DNA of 64,000 bases from Candidatus Neomarinimicrobium atlanticum (GCA_000402815.1 AQSA01000002.1:9062-73061), one strand, 5' to 3'; counted from the first letter of the stretch, positions 17,841-28,521 are shown. The notes: generated from the sequence alone by a model not told the origin. A program made the numbers and translations.

Positions 17841-19751
17841 CTAATCTTCAACAACTTCAAAATCAGCATCTTCGATCTTCTTTTCATCTTTCTTTGATGA
17901 ATCATCCGAAGATGGAGCTTCTTGCATTGGAGGCTCTGTTCCATCAGTAGAATTTGCATACATACTAGAAGACTTAGAACTCCATACAGTATTTAAGTTT
18001 TCTATTTCTGTCTTGATATCATCGACATTACCAGAAGTATTGGCTGCTTTAAGCTTATCTAAGGCTTCGTTGAGATCTTTTTTATCATCTTCGCTTAGTT
18101 TATCATCCAAATCTTTCATTTGTTTTTCTGTTTGATAAACTAATTGTTCTCCTTGATTTTTAGTTTCAATCTCTTCTTTCTTAATCTTGTCTTCAGCTTC
18201 ATGCTTTTTAGCATCGCTAACCATTTTTTCAATCTCTTGATCAGACAATCCACTTTGAGCTTCTATTCTAATACTTTGCTCTTTAGAGGTAGCTTTATCT
18301 GTAGCTTTTACATTTAAAATACCATCAGCATCCATATCAAATGTTACCTCAATTTGGGGTGTCCCTCGCGGTGCGGGAGGAATACCATCTAAGTGAAATC
18401 TACCAAGACTTTTATTATCGTTAGCTAATTGTCTTTCTCCTTGAACTACATGAATCTCTACCATTGGTTGATTGTCTGCTGCAGTACTAAAGATTTGAGA
18501 TTTTTGAGTTGGAATAGTAGTATTCTTCTCAATTAAACCTGTTGCAACACCACCCATAGTTTCAATACCTAATGTTAATGGGGTTACATCAAGTAATAAT
18601 ACATCATCTACATCACCTGCTAACACACCTGCTTGGATAGCTGCGCCAAGAGCAACAACCTCATCTGGATTAACGCTCTGATTTGGTTCTTTACCAAATA
18701 TTTCTTTTACTTTATCTTGAACTGCGGGAATTCTAGTTGAACCACCCACCAAGATTACTTCATTAATATCCTTAGCTGATAGCTTAGCATCTTTTAATGC
18801 TTGCTTACATGGACCAACCACTTTTTCTACAAGGCCTGAAACTAGCTTTTCAAAGGTAGCTCTTGTTAGCGTAATATTAAGATGCTTTGGCCCTGATGAG
18901 TCAGCAGTAATAAATGGCAAATTAATTTCTGTCTGCTTTGAAGACGAAAGTTCTTTTTTAGCACTTTCTGCTGCTTCTTTCAATCTTTGTAAAGCCATTG
19001 GATCTTTTCTTAGATCAATACCTTCATTCTTATTGAATTCATCAGCTAACCAGTCAACAACTTTTTGATCAAAGTCATCTCCACCGAGCCTTCCATCACC
19101 ATTACTTGCATTCACCTCAATTGTTTGACCTTCATCATTTAGAATATCCAGAATAGAAATATCAAAAGTACCTCCGCCTAAATCGAATACAGCTACTTTT
19201 TCATCTTTCTTTTTATCGAACCCATAAGCTAATGATGCAGCAGTTGGTTCATTAATAATTCTTTTGACATTTAACCCTGCAATCTTTCCAGCATCTTTGG
19301 TTGCTTTTCTCTGAGCATCATTAAAATATGCCGGTACAGTAATAACAGCATCCGAAACATCTGTTCCAAGATATTGTTCAGCCATTTGTTTCATTTTCTG
19401 CAATACCATAGCGCTAACTTCTTGTGGCTGGTATTTTTTACTATTTGCTTCGACACTAACTTTCGCGCCATCTGTAGTAACTGTATAAGCTACCTCTTTA
19501 ATATCTTTTTTGATTTCAGCAGGAGTTCTGCCCATAAATCTTTTAATTGAATAAATAGTATTGTTTGGATTAGTTACTGCTTGACGTTTTGCAGGATCTC
19601 CTACTAAACGATCTCCCTCTTTTGTAAAACCTACAACTGACGGTGTAGTTCTTCCTCCTTCAGGACTAGTAATAACAGTTGGCTCTCCACCCTCCATTAC
19701 TGCTACACAAGAGTTTGTTGTACCTAAATCAATTCCAATTATTTTTCCCAT
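17841..19751 (-). CDS. dnaK: Molecular chaperone DnaK (Hsp70)
   Basis: [40 protein letters not shown] sits 7 nt upstream of the ATG. Confidence 0.97.
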   Translation of the reverse strand: MGKIIGIDLGTTNSCVAVMEGGEPTVITSPEGGRTTPSVVGFTKEGDRLVGDPAKRQAVTNPNNTIYSIKRFMGRTPAEIKKDIKEVAYTVTTDGAKVSVEANSKKYQPQEVSAMVLQKMKQMAEQYLGTDVSDAVITVPAYFNDAQRKATKDAGKIAGLNVKRIINEPTAASLAYGFDKKKDEKVAVFDLGGGTFDISILDILNDEGQTIEVNASNGDGRLGGDDFDQKVVDWLADEFNKNEGIDLRKDPMALQRLKEAAESAKKELSSSKQTEINLPFITADSSGPKHLNITLTRATFEKLVSGLVEKVVGPCKQALKDAKLSAKDINEVILVGGSTRIPAVQDKVKEIFGKEPNQSVNPDEVVALGAAIQAGVLAGDVDDVLLLDVTPLTLGIETMGGVATGLIEKNTTIPTQKSQIFSTAADNQPMVEIHVVQGERQLANDNKSLGRFHLDGIPPAPRGTPQIEVTFDMDADGILNVKATDKATSKEQSIRIEAQSGLSDQEIEKMVSDAKKHEAEDKIKKEEIETKNQGEQLVYQTEKQMKDLDDKLSEDDKKDLNEALDKLKAANTSGNVDDIKTEIENLNTVWSSKSSSMYANSTDGTEPPMQEAPSSDDSSKKDEKKIEDADFEVVED

Positions 19752-19790
19752 AAAAATCTCCTAATATTTTAGTTTTAACTATTTAATAGA

Positions 19791-19806
19791 TGCAAAGAGT
19801 ATGCCA
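19791..19806 (-). promoter_or_regulatory. Candidate sigma-54 (-24/-12) promoter upstream of dnaK
   Basis: The minus-strand sequence TGGCATACTCTTTGCA fits TGGCAC-N5-TTGCW with exact GG/GC spacing. The -12 box ends 39 nt upstream of the dnaK ATG. Confidence 0.4.
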
Positions 19807-19869
19807 AGACAATAAATATGACATATATGACAATTTATATGCCATTAAGGCATATAGAAGCTTTTTATT

Positions 19870-20529
19870 TTATAATTCTATGAGTGTTCCGTCATATAGG
19901 TTCATTTTCTTATCACCTATACTAAATACTTTTTCATCATGTGTCGCAATAACAAAAGTTAGATTAAAATCGTTTTTTAACTTTTGAAATAAATCAATCA
20001 TCTTAATGGCGTTCTTCTCATCTAAATTTCCTGTAGGCTCATCTGCTATGACAATTGATGGCTTGTTTATAATAGCTCTCATTACAGACACTCTTTGCTT
20101 TTCTCCTCCTGATAAATCAAGAGGAAAAGATTTCTTACGATCTGATAAATCAAAATATTCAAATAACTTATTTAAATAATCTGAGTCACTATTTTTACCT
20201 GCAATAAGAGTTGGAATAGTAACATTTTCAACAATATTAAGTTCTGCAATTAGATTGTGAAACTGAAATACAAATCCAATATGCTTATTTCTAATTGAAT
20301 CATAATTGTTAATTGTTTTCAGATTATTATTGTTTATTACTATTTCACCACTATCTGGTTGATCGAGAGTTCCTAATAAACTTAATAAGGTAGACTTACC
20401 AGATCCAGATGCACCTTTGATGGTTAATATGTTTCCTTTATCAAGATCAAAATTTACACCCTTCAACACTTGAAGAGTTTTATCTCCATCTTTAAAAGTT
20501 TTTTTAATATTTCTAGCAGATAATATCAT
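19870..20529 (-). CDS. lolD: Lipoprotein-releasing system ATP-binding protein (LolD-like ABC ATPase)
   Basis: Walker A GASGSGKST, signature LSGGEKQR, Walker B IVIADEPTGNLD. Follows two LolC/E-type permeases. Confidence 0.75.
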   Translation of the reverse strand: MILSARNIKKTFKDGDKTLQVLKGVNFDLDKGNILTIKGASGSGKSTLLSLLGTLDQPDSGEIVINNNNLKTINNYDSIRNKHIGFVFQFHNLIAELNIVENVTIPTLIAGKNSDSDYLNKLFEYFDLSDRKKSFPLDLSGGEKQRVSVMRAIINKPSIVIADEPTGNLDEKNAIKMIDLFQKLKNDFNLTFVIATHDEKVFSIGDKKMNLYDGTLIEL

Positions 20530-21674
20530 ATATTTTTATTTATCAATTGAATTGGGCTTATCTTTTTAATAAGCATTAAAGGTAATGTAGCAAATAATCC
20601 AATTATTACTATAGAATAAAATAATAACAAAGCAATATCATTGAAACTAACTACCATAGGAAGTTTGCTAACTAAATAGAAGTCTGGATTTAACATAAAT
20701 ATACCAAATGTGTTTTGTAGAAATATGACCAATAAAGCAAATAAAATTCCACTTAAAATAGCGGTGACTGCTAAGAGATAGCCATATACTAAAAATATAC
20801 CAGATATGTTATTTTTACTCATTCCAAAAGTACTCAAAATTGCCATCTCTCTTGTTTTCTTAGTTGCAATTTGCATTACAGAAGAAGATAGGTTGAATGA
20901 AGCAACGACTATAATAAGAAACAATGTAAAGAATGTAATCTTTTTCTCAATTTCAGTAGCATCAAATAACTGCTTATTCCTTTCTTTCCATGAAACAATT
21001 TTTTTATTAGGCAAAGGTATAATATTATCAATATTTCCAATGATTTCAATATCAGTAAACTTCTTATCAGGAAAATGATAATCCTTTGATACCGCAAACA
21101 CTAAAAATTCATCAGATCTTAATATTCTATTTTTGAATATATCTTTTATAACTAATTGTTGAATATATGGCATTGCTAAATAACTCATATTTAGGTTAGT
21201 ACTATAAATTGATATAGAATCGCCTATACTAAAATCCATTCTATCAGCTAAAGATTTACCAATTATAATTTCTCCATGATTTAGGTCTTGGCTATCTGAA
21301 AATAACTCTAAATCATAAAAATTTTTAAATTTTGAGCTATCTACACTCTTCACATTGACTAATGATTGCTTTTTATTTTTTGATATAAAAAATTCTTCTT
21401 CATAATACGGAGCGTATTGGATACCGTTTTTTTCAAAAATATCTACTAATTCTTTATCACTAGCATAATCAAAAGTATTGATAGCGTAATCTCCATATAT
21501 CTTCTTTGTTTCATTTTCTAGTATACCTTGAAAACCGTTAAGAACAGCTACTGAAAGAATAATTGATGCAGCACCTATAAATAAGCCTACAAAAGATATA
21601 ATATTGATCATACCTCCTTCTAACATATTTCTTGGCATTAGAAAGCGCCTTGCTATTAATAAAATTACATTCAT
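20526..21674 (-). CDS. LolC/LolE-family lipoprotein-release permease (FtsX/MacB-type)
   Basis: N-terminal TM, a large periplasmic domain of about 200 aa, then three C-terminal TMs (FtsX domain). 4-nt overlap with lolD. Confidence 0.7.
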   Translation of the reverse strand: MNVILLIARRFLMPRNMLEGGMINIISFVGLFIGAASIILSVAVLNGFQGILENETKKIYGDYAINTFDYASDKELVDIFEKNGIQYAPYYEEEFFISKNKKQSLVNVKSVDSSKFKNFYDLELFSDSQDLNHGEIIIGKSLADRMDFSIGDSISIYSTNLNMSYLAMPYIQQLVIKDIFKNRILRSDEFLVFAVSKDYHFPDKKFTDIEIIGNIDNIIPLPNKKIVSWKERNKQLFDATEIEKKITFFTLFLIIVVASFNLSSSVMQIATKKTREMAILSTFGMSKNNISGIFLVYGYLLAVTAILSGILFALLVIFLQNTFGIFMLNPDFYLVSKLPMVVSFNDIALLLFYSIVIIGLFATLPLMLIKKISPIQLINKNI

Positions 21675-22846
21675 TAGTTTTTTAAAATTTTAGATGGATT
21701 TATAGATAAAAGATATGCCAATGAAATACTTGAAAATAATACACTGCAGATAAGACTAAAAAATAAAGTATAGATAGCGTTATTTATACTAAATATTATA
21801 GGTAAATAACTGACAAAATAGATATTCTCAGAGAGAGATATAAATTGAAACTCTTCTTGCATGAAAATAATAAATAAAGATAACAAAATACCAAATATTG
21901 CTCCAATGAACGCCAATATCATTCCTTGAATAATAAATATTAATGATATTTTGCTATTCGACATACCATAAGTTTTCATGATTGCAAGATTATATCTTTT
22001 TTCATAAAAAAGAATGTTTATGGATCCCATTAAATTAAAGTATGATACTAGTACGATTAAACTAAAAATAAAAATAATTGGCCATTGCTGTGTATCAATC
22101 CATTCAAAAAGATCACTATGCCTATCATTGAGACTTAATTGATAAAATGGATAGTCTACATTATCTATATTTAGAGATGGATCAAAATTCATCCAACCGG
22201 TTATGCTATCCTCTAAATTAAAATAAGATTGAACTGTATTTATGGGAATAAATACTAACCTTGAATCATAGTCTTCTATACCAGAATGATATATTTCTTT
22301 TATCTCTAACAATAAAAATCTACTTCTTTCTATTCCCTTTTTAGATATTAAAGGATTAAAAATAACAATTTCATCTCCTATTGATAGATTGAGGTTCTTT
22401 GCAAGCAGACTACCGACTACAATATGATTTTCACTTATAGTATCTAGATTAGTATTCAAACTACTGAAAAGATTAAATTCCTTAAAATCTTTCTTATCTA
22501 AACCGTATATTAAAATATTACTGCTATTATCTTTTGACTTCAGGATAGCTGGCTTTTCAACATAAGGAACTAAACTAGATGAAAATCCACTATAAAAATC
22601 AGGCATTAATGATTGATCCGTTGAAAATTCGTCTTCAAATAGATGATTAATTGTTGTGTAGCCACTAATAGAAGATAATTTTTCAGATACCTTATTCTCA
22701 AATCCGCTAACTGCACCTAAAACGATATTTAGTGAAGCTATTCCAAGAGCTAAACTTATAATTGAAACTATATTAGTTGTTTTGAATAAAAAATTACTTT
22801 GTGATGAAAAAAATAGCCTTTTTAAAACAAGAAAAACTAGTTTCAT
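21674..22846 (-). CDS. LolC/LolE-family lipoprotein-release permease (second paralogue)
   Basis: Same architecture as 20526..21674. 1-nt overlap with it. Confidence 0.7.
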   Translation of the reverse strand: MKLVFLVLKRLFFSSQSNFLFKTTNIVSIISLALGIASLNIVLGAVSGFENKVSEKLSSISGYTTINHLFEDEFSTDQSLMPDFYSGFSSSLVPYVEKPAILKSKDNSSNILIYGLDKKDFKEFNLFSSLNTNLDTISENHIVVGSLLAKNLNLSIGDEIVIFNPLISKKGIERSRFLLLEIKEIYHSGIEDYDSRLVFIPINTVQSYFNLEDSITGWMNFDPSLNIDNVDYPFYQLSLNDRHSDLFEWIDTQQWPIIFIFSLIVLVSYFNLMGSINILFYEKRYNLAIMKTYGMSNSKISLIFIIQGMILAFIGAIFGILLSLFIIFMQEEFQFISLSENIYFVSYLPIIFSINNAIYTLFFSLICSVLFSSISLAYLLSINPSKILKN

Positions 22847-24318
22847 TTCAAAGATTTAAGTGTGGGAAAGATAATTGCGTCTCTAATCCACCTAGTGTCA
22901 ATAAACAGCATGACTAATCGATCAATACCAATACCAACACCTGCAGTTGGAGGCATTCCAATTTCTATAGCCTCTAAAAAATTTTCATCTACAGGAAAAG
23001 CTTCTTCATCTCCACTATCTTTTTTAGCTGACTGATCTTCAAATCTTTTTCTTTGATCTATTGGATCATTTAATTCAGAAAATCCATTTGCAAATTCCAT
23101 ACCTGCGATAAACAATTCAAATCTTTCAGTAAAGTCTGAGTCACCATCTCTATTTACTTTAGCTAAAGGTGAAATTTCTACAGGATGATTCATAACATAG
23201 GTAGGGTTGATTAAATTTGGTTCAACTTTCCTTCTCATTATCTCATCAATCATTTTTGCAAGACTATCAGTTTTTTTAACTTTTAAATCTAACTTTTTAC
23301 ATACATCAAATACTGCTTTACTATCTGTTAAATCTATAGAATGTCCAGTATGTTCCTTAATTAGTTCATCCATTGTTTTTCTAGCAAACTTTTTAGTTAA
23401 ATCAATATCATTTCCATCCCATGATATTTTTTTAACACCTAAATCTTCTGCTATTTTCTTGAACATTTCTTCAACAAAATCCATCATAAAATTATAATCT
23501 GAATATGCTTGATAGAATTCAAGCATAGTAAATTCTGGATTATGGCTTCGGTCAATACCTTCATTTCTAAAATCTTTTGACATCTCATATACTTTTTCAA
23601 ATCCACCTACAATCAATTGCTTTAAATACAATTCTGTAGCAATTCGTAGAAAGAACTCTTGATCTAATGCATTATGAAATGTTTTAAATGGCTTAGCATT
23701 AGCTCCTCCATATACTGGCTGTAAAACAGGTGTTTCAACCTCTATATATCCATTCTTATTTAAAAATTCTCTTATAGAGTTAATCATTTTAAATCTTGTG
23801 ATATAATTATCTTTTGTTTCAGGATTAATAATCATATCAAGATAACGTTTTCTATATCTTAATTCTTTATCAGATACTGAATTGTATTTTTCTCCATCCT
23901 TCTCTTTAACATCGGGAATAGGTCTTAAGTTTTTACTTAATATAGTTACCTTTTCAGCTTTTACAGTAATTGCTTCTGTTTTTGTAATAAAAACTATACC
24001 ATTAATACCAATAAAATCTCCGATATCGACTAGCTTGAATAAGTTGTAATTATCCTCTCCGACATCATCTCTAGCAATATATAGCTGAACTCTACCTTTC
24101 TCATCTTGTATGTTAGCAAAAGCAGCTTTTCCCATTTTTCTTAAAGACATTACTCTTCCAGCTACGGATACATTTTGGTCAATACAATCCTTAGTAATTT
24201 CTAGAGTTGAATGAGTAGTATTAAATTCATAGGGATATGGATTTACACCTAACTGGCGAATTTTATCTAATTTTTCGTGTCGGTTAGCAATTATTTGTTT
24301 TAAGCTTTTATTTTCCAT
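22843..24318 (-). CDS. lysS: Lysyl-tRNA synthetase, class II
   Basis: OB-fold N-domain. FRNEGIDRSHNPEFTMLEFY (motif 2 region). GIGIDRLVMLF (motif 3). Confidence 0.95.
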   Translation of the reverse strand: MENKSLKQIIANRHEKLDKIRQLGVNPYPYEFNTTHSTLEITKDCIDQNVSVAGRVMSLRKMGKAAFANIQDEKGRVQLYIARDDVGEDNYNLFKLVDIGDFIGINGIVFITKTEAITVKAEKVTILSKNLRPIPDVKEKDGEKYNSVSDKELRYRKRYLDMIINPETKDNYITRFKMINSIREFLNKNGYIEVETPVLQPVYGGANAKPFKTFHNALDQEFFLRIATELYLKQLIVGGFEKVYEMSKDFRNEGIDRSHNPEFTMLEFYQAYSDYNFMMDFVEEMFKKIAEDLGVKKISWDGNDIDLTKKFARKTMDELIKEHTGHSIDLTDSKAVFDVCKKLDLKVKKTDSLAKMIDEIMRRKVEPNLINPTYVMNHPVEISPLAKVNRDGDSDFTERFELFIAGMEFANGFSELNDPIDQRKRFEDQSAKKDSGDEEAFPVDENFLEAIEIGMPPTAGVGIGIDRLVMLFIDTRWIRDAIIFPTLKSLK

Positions 24319-24330
24319 ATCGAAAGAAAC

Positions 24331-25426
24331 TTATTTATTTTTTTCCATTTTATCTAATAAATAACTATACATAAAGTCATCTATATTTCCATCCATAACT
24401 GCCTTTACATTACCTACTTCAAATTTAGTTCTATGGTCTTTAATCATGTTATATGGATGAAATACATAAGATCTTATTTGATTGCCCCAGGCAATATCCT
24501 TTTTTTCTCCCTCAAGTATTTTTTTTGACTCTTCTTGTTTTTCAATTTCTAATTGATAAAGCTTTGACTTTAATACCTTTAGAGCTTGCTCTTTATTTTT
24601 ATGTTGAGATCTTTGAGTTTGACATTGAGTAACTGTTCCTGTCGGCAAATGGGTGATTCTAATAGCAGAATCAGTTTTATTGACATGCTGCCCTCCAGCA
24701 CCACTAGCTCGAAATGTATCTATCCTTAGTTCTTTTGGATTGATTTCTATTTCAACATCTTCATCAATTGATGGATAAATAGATACGGAAGCAAAAGAGG
24801 TATGTCTACGACTATTGGAGTCAAACGGCGATATTCTTACCAATCTATGTACTCCTATTTCTGATTGTAGTAATCCATAAGCATAATCTCCTGCAATCTC
24901 AATAGTGCAATCTTTAATACCTGCTTCATCTCCTGCTTGAAAATCAATCACATTAAACTTGAATCCCTTAGACTCTGTCCACATAGAATACATTCTATAT
25001 AACATTTGAGCCCAATCTTGACTTTCTGTACCACCAGCACCTGGATGGATTGAAATAATAGCATTTTTAGAGTCATTCTTTGAATTGAGTATTAATTTTA
25101 ATTCAAATTCTTTAATAAGTTTCGCAAGATGTTCAATTTCTTCTGAAAACTCTTTTTCTTCAATCTGTCCATCATTTAAAAATTCAAACATTACTTTGAT
25201 ATCGCTAGCTTTTTCAGATAAGCTTTTTCTTAAGTTAATATCTTTTTCACACATCGAAATTTCTTTCATAATAGACGTTGTCTTTTTGTTATTATCCCAC
25301 AAAGATGGGTCTGAGATTTGATCTTTTAAATTATTTAAATGAGCATCTTTGGCTTCAAGGTCAAAGATGCCTCCTAATTTGATCAAACTTTTCTAGAAGA
25401 GAATTATACTGGTCTTTTAAATCCAT
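24331..25426 (-). CDS. prfB: Peptide chain release factor 2, requires programmed +1 frameshift
   Basis: The body carries SPF (ISPFDS) and GGQHVNKTDSAIR. Frame 0 reads MDLKDQYNSLLEKFDQIRRHL-TGA from ATG 25424-25426. A +1 shift joins it to DLEAKDAHLNNL of ORF 24331..25386. Confidence 0.9.
25361..25375 (-). promoter_or_regulatory. prfB autoregulatory +1 frameshift site (AGGAGG-N3-CTT TGA C)
   Basis: The minus strand reads AGG AGG CAT CTT TGA C. SD-like AGGAGG at 25370-25375, slippery CTT at 25364-25366, in-frame TGA at 25361-25363. Confidence 0.85.
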
Positions 25427-26877
25427 GTACTAAGTAAAAATCCTAATGTAAGTAACATACCAGTTAAGAAGTGAATTCCAATTGTAGAAACATTAACAAT
25501 TAATAATTCATATGGAAGTTGTTGAAGGTTTGCATCTTCTTTTTCCCATTGATCTAACCAGCTGCTTCCTTTTTTTGAAGCAAAATTAAAAATTAATAAA
25601 GGAAGTAAAGCTATGAGCGTAAATAAATTACTAGTATACAAAGATGCACCAAGAATAATTGTAAATGACAACATCATTAAATTTTTCCATACTTTGAATG
25701 GAGCTCTATAATTTGCTTTGTTTCCAGGGCCAGCCAGCCTAACAACCCAACTATTCTTATTAGCTGCTTTGTCGGCATTGTAGTCTTGAAAACAATTAAT
25801 GAATAATACTAATGCTATAAAAATACCAACAGGTACTGAAAAAAGTAGAGTAGTTATAGGATCTACAGACTGATTCTGCATGTATGCTGCGCCATAAACC
25901 ATTAGGGGACCAAATCCGATAAACACTGCTAAATCGCCAAGACCATTGTAAGCAAGTTTTAAAAAACCTGTATACATAATACCTAGAAATACCCCTATTA
26001 ATCCCAAATACATCAATATGGACATAGCTAGATAGTCTCCAAAAAGAAGATTATTAAGTTCTAAACCAATTCCAATTGTAGCGCTAAAAAATAGCACAGA
26101 TACAAATAACATATTTGCTGGAGTCATCAGTCCAGATTGAATTGTTCTTGATCCCCCATTAAAAGGACTAGCTAATTTATTTAGTTCATCGTTTCTAGAT
26201 TTATGATCAAAATAGTCATTAATAGTATTTGTACCACATTGGGCAAATATTGCTCCTAATAATACAAGCCAAAAAATTGACCAATCAAATGTACCAAATT
26301 GTTTGTAAGCAATAGCCGATCCTAATAAAATTGGAGCAATTGTTGCTGTCAAGAATGGTGCCCTAACAACAGTCATCCAATATTTAATGGTTCTGCTGAC
26401 ATTACCCAACAACTCCGATATTACACTCGGCTTATTATCGGGAATTTCTATCCATTCAAACTGAGTTTCAGCGAAGAAATCAACATATTTTATTACTGTT
26501 GGTTCTATTTTATAGTATCCAACTACATCATTAGCAATTAAGAAGTCATCGTGCATATATTCAGAAAAAGCTTTAGTAACCTTCAATATTGCTTCTCTGG
26601 CCTTATCTTTTTCTTCAGTATCGGTTATCTTTTTAGCAAATCCATCAATTTGTAATTCCTTAATTCCATCTTCGCCGTCTGGCCTAATAACGCATTGGAC
26701 TTTTGGATTAAAAGCAATCTGAACAGCCTTTCTAGTTGGATTAAATGTAAAAAAATATATATCTAAGCCATCATTTGAAAAATACACATTTGCAGCGGAA
26801 GAATTTCCTGCAACACTAGTAGAAAGAGTCATAAAATCTGATCTTTCCATTAAATCCATAATTTTTTCTTTTAACAT
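25417..26877 (-). CDS. Fusion protein: PNPOx-like (pyridoxamine 5'-phosphate oxidase family/GSP26-like) N-domain + UbiA/MenA-type polyprenyltransferase
   Basis: Residues ~1-150 read MTLSTSVAGNSSAANVYFSNDGLDIYFFTFNPTRKAVQIAFNPKV (split-barrel FMN-binding family pattern). Residues ~165-486 are polytopic, with NTINDYFDHKSRND (UbiA Asp-rich motif) and a second FQDYNADK Asp motif. Confidence 0.65.
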   Translation of the reverse strand: MLKEKIMDLMERSDFMTLSTSVAGNSSAANVYFSNDGLDIYFFTFNPTRKAVQIAFNPKVQCVIRPDGEDGIKELQIDGFAKKITDTEEKDKAREAILKVTKAFSEYMHDDFLIANDVVGYYKIEPTVIKYVDFFAETQFEWIEIPDNKPSVISELLGNVSRTIKYWMTVVRAPFLTATIAPILLGSAIAYKQFGTFDWSIFWLVLLGAIFAQCGTNTINDYFDHKSRNDELNKLASPFNGGSRTIQSGLMTPANMLFVSVLFFSATIGIGLELNNLLFGDYLAMSILMYLGLIGVFLGIMYTGFLKLAYNGLGDLAVFIGFGPLMVYGAAYMQNQSVDPITTLLFSVPVGIFIALVLFINCFQDYNADKAANKNSWVVRLAGPGNKANYRAPFKVWKNLMMLSFTIILGASLYTSNLFTLIALLPLLIFNFASKKGSSWLDQWEKEDANLQQLPYELLIVNVSTIGIHFLTGMLLTLGFLLSTWI

Positions 26878-26878
26878 A

Positions 26879-27655
26879 TTATTTATCCCCTATATCACTC
26901 ATTTTTTCTTTTAAAATATTACCCAATTCTTCTAAAGTCAGTGCAGAACTTATAAAATATCCATTTTCTGCGATAGATATTTTTCCCGTTTCTTCAGATA
27001 ATACCAAAGCGAGAGCATCACTCTCTTCTGAAATTCCTAATGCAGCTCTATGACGAGTTCCCATTTCAGGATTTAAAGTTTTACTTTCTGTTAATGGCAA
27101 TATACATGCAGCTGCTTCTATAATATTACTATGAATAATAACAGCTCCATCATGTAATGGAGAAGAAGGATTAAAAATCGATACTAATAATTCAGGACTG
27201 AATATCGCCCCCATCCTTACTCCGTCAGCACTAATAGTCTTTAATGAATTTTCTCTTTCAAAAATAATAATGGCACCCCATTTATTCTTTTTAATCTCAT
27301 TGATACATGCAATAATTTCATCCTGAATAGAAAGTTTTTCAATCTGAAATAGCTTTCTTAGTATTCTATTCTGTCCAACAGATGTCAATAGTCTTCTTAT
27401 TTCTGGTTGAAATAAAATGACAAATACAACAACCCAAACTGTTTGAAATAAATTTAACAGCCATGAAGTGGCTCTGAAACCAAGAATATTTACGACAAAT
27501 CCTGCAAAAAAGAGAATTAACAAACCAATTAGCATCTGTCCCCCTCTAGTTCCTCTAAAATAGGAATATGCGTAAGAAAAGATGAATGAAATGAGAACCA
27601 GATCAAATAAGTCGGTAAGTGTAAATTTTATAAAGCTGATTTCAAATAGATTCAT
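26879..27655 (-). CDS. cdaA: Diadenylate cyclase CdaA (membrane-anchored DAC domain)
   Basis: Three N-terminal TMs. DAC-domain motifs HDGAVII and GTRHRAALGISEESDA. Confidence 0.85.
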   Translation of the reverse strand: MNLFEISFIKFTLTDLFDLVLISFIFSYAYSYFRGTRGGQMLIGLLILFFAGFVVNILGFRATSWLLNLFQTVWVVVFVILFQPEIRRLLTSVGQNRILRKLFQIEKLSIQDEIIACINEIKKNKWGAIIIFERENSLKTISADGVRMGAIFSPELLVSIFNPSSPLHDGAVIIHSNIIEAAACILPLTESKTLNPEMGTRHRAALGISEESDALALVLSEETGKISIAENGYFISSALTLEELGNILKEKMSDIGDK

Positions 27656-27666
27656 ATAAGTATAAT

Positions 27667-28518
27667 TTAAGTATTTAAAGTGTTTGAATTAAAAATTTTA
27701 TTTGCAATAGTTAATGCTCTTTTTGTTTCTACTATATCATGCACTCGAAAAATCTTACATCCTCTTTCTAAGGCTATAACATTTGATACTATTGTTCCTT
27801 CAATTCTATTATTTTCATCCACATCTAAAGTCTTACCAATAAAAGATTTTCTTGATGCTCCAACTAATATTGGATAACCAAGCTGAGCAAACTGATCAAT
27901 ATTATTAATAATAGAAAAATTATTATTTATTGTTTTACCAAATCCAATTCCTGGATCCAAAATAATGTTATACTCTTTTACTCCGTTTTTTATAGCAAAT
28001 TTTGCTCTATCTAACAAATGAGTAGTAATATCTGATATGACATCATTATAGGAAGGGTTTTCTTGCATTGTCTTGGGATTACCCGCTATATGCATCAAAA
28101 CAACAGGGCAGTCATACTTTTTAATCGTATCGATCATTTTATCATCAAATAGTAATCCACTGATATCATTTACAAGATTTGCCCCAGCATTACACGCACT
28201 ATCAGCAACTGATGATTTTGTAGTGTCTATAGAAATAACAGTATCTGTTTTTTCTCTCAATTTCTTGATGACAGAAATCACTCTAGATAACTCTTCCTTT
28301 TCGGATACTGATTCAGAGAATGGTCTTGTAGATTCTCCACCTATATCAATAATATCTGCACCGTCAGCAATCATATCCATAGCATGGCTTACTGCATTAG
28401 TAGAATCTAGAAATTTTCCGCCGTCACTAAAAGAGTCTGGAGTAACATTTAATACTCCCATAATGAGTGGTTGTTGATTTCCTGAAAGCAACCAATCATT
28501 TAATTCAGAAATATTCAC
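27667..28518 (-). CDS. folP: Dihydropteroate synthase
   Basis: MGVLNVTPDSFSDGG, DIGGESTRP, and GASRKSFIG near the C-terminus. Confidence 0.9.
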   Translation of the reverse strand: MNISELNDWLLSGNQQPLIMGVLNVTPDSFSDGGKFLDSTNAVSHAMDMIADGADIIDIGGESTRPFSESVSEKEELSRVISVIKKLREKTDTVISIDTTKSSVADSACNAGANLVNDISGLLFDDKMIDTIKKYDCPVVLMHIAGNPKTMQENPSYNDVISDITTHLLDRAKFAIKNGVKEYNIILDPGIGFGKTINNNFSIINNIDQFAQLGYPILVGASRKSFIGKTLDVDENNRIEGTIVSNVIALERGCKIFRVHDIVETKRALTIANKIFNSNTLNT

Positions 28519-28521
28519 TTC

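Noticed and set aside
19836-19856. Dyad TATATGCC-ATTAA-GGCATATA as the intrinsic terminator of the lolCDE unit
   Set aside because: On the minus (lolD) strand the stem is followed by AAATTG rather than a U-run, and the stem is AT-rich. It fits better as a protein-binding dyad upstream of dnaK.
19752-19869. CIRCE (HrcA operator) or sigma-32 heat-shock promoter upstream of dnaK
   Set aside because: I could find no TTAGCACTC-N9-GAGTGCTAA-like inverted repeat and no CTTGAAA/CCCCAT-type boxes in the spacer.
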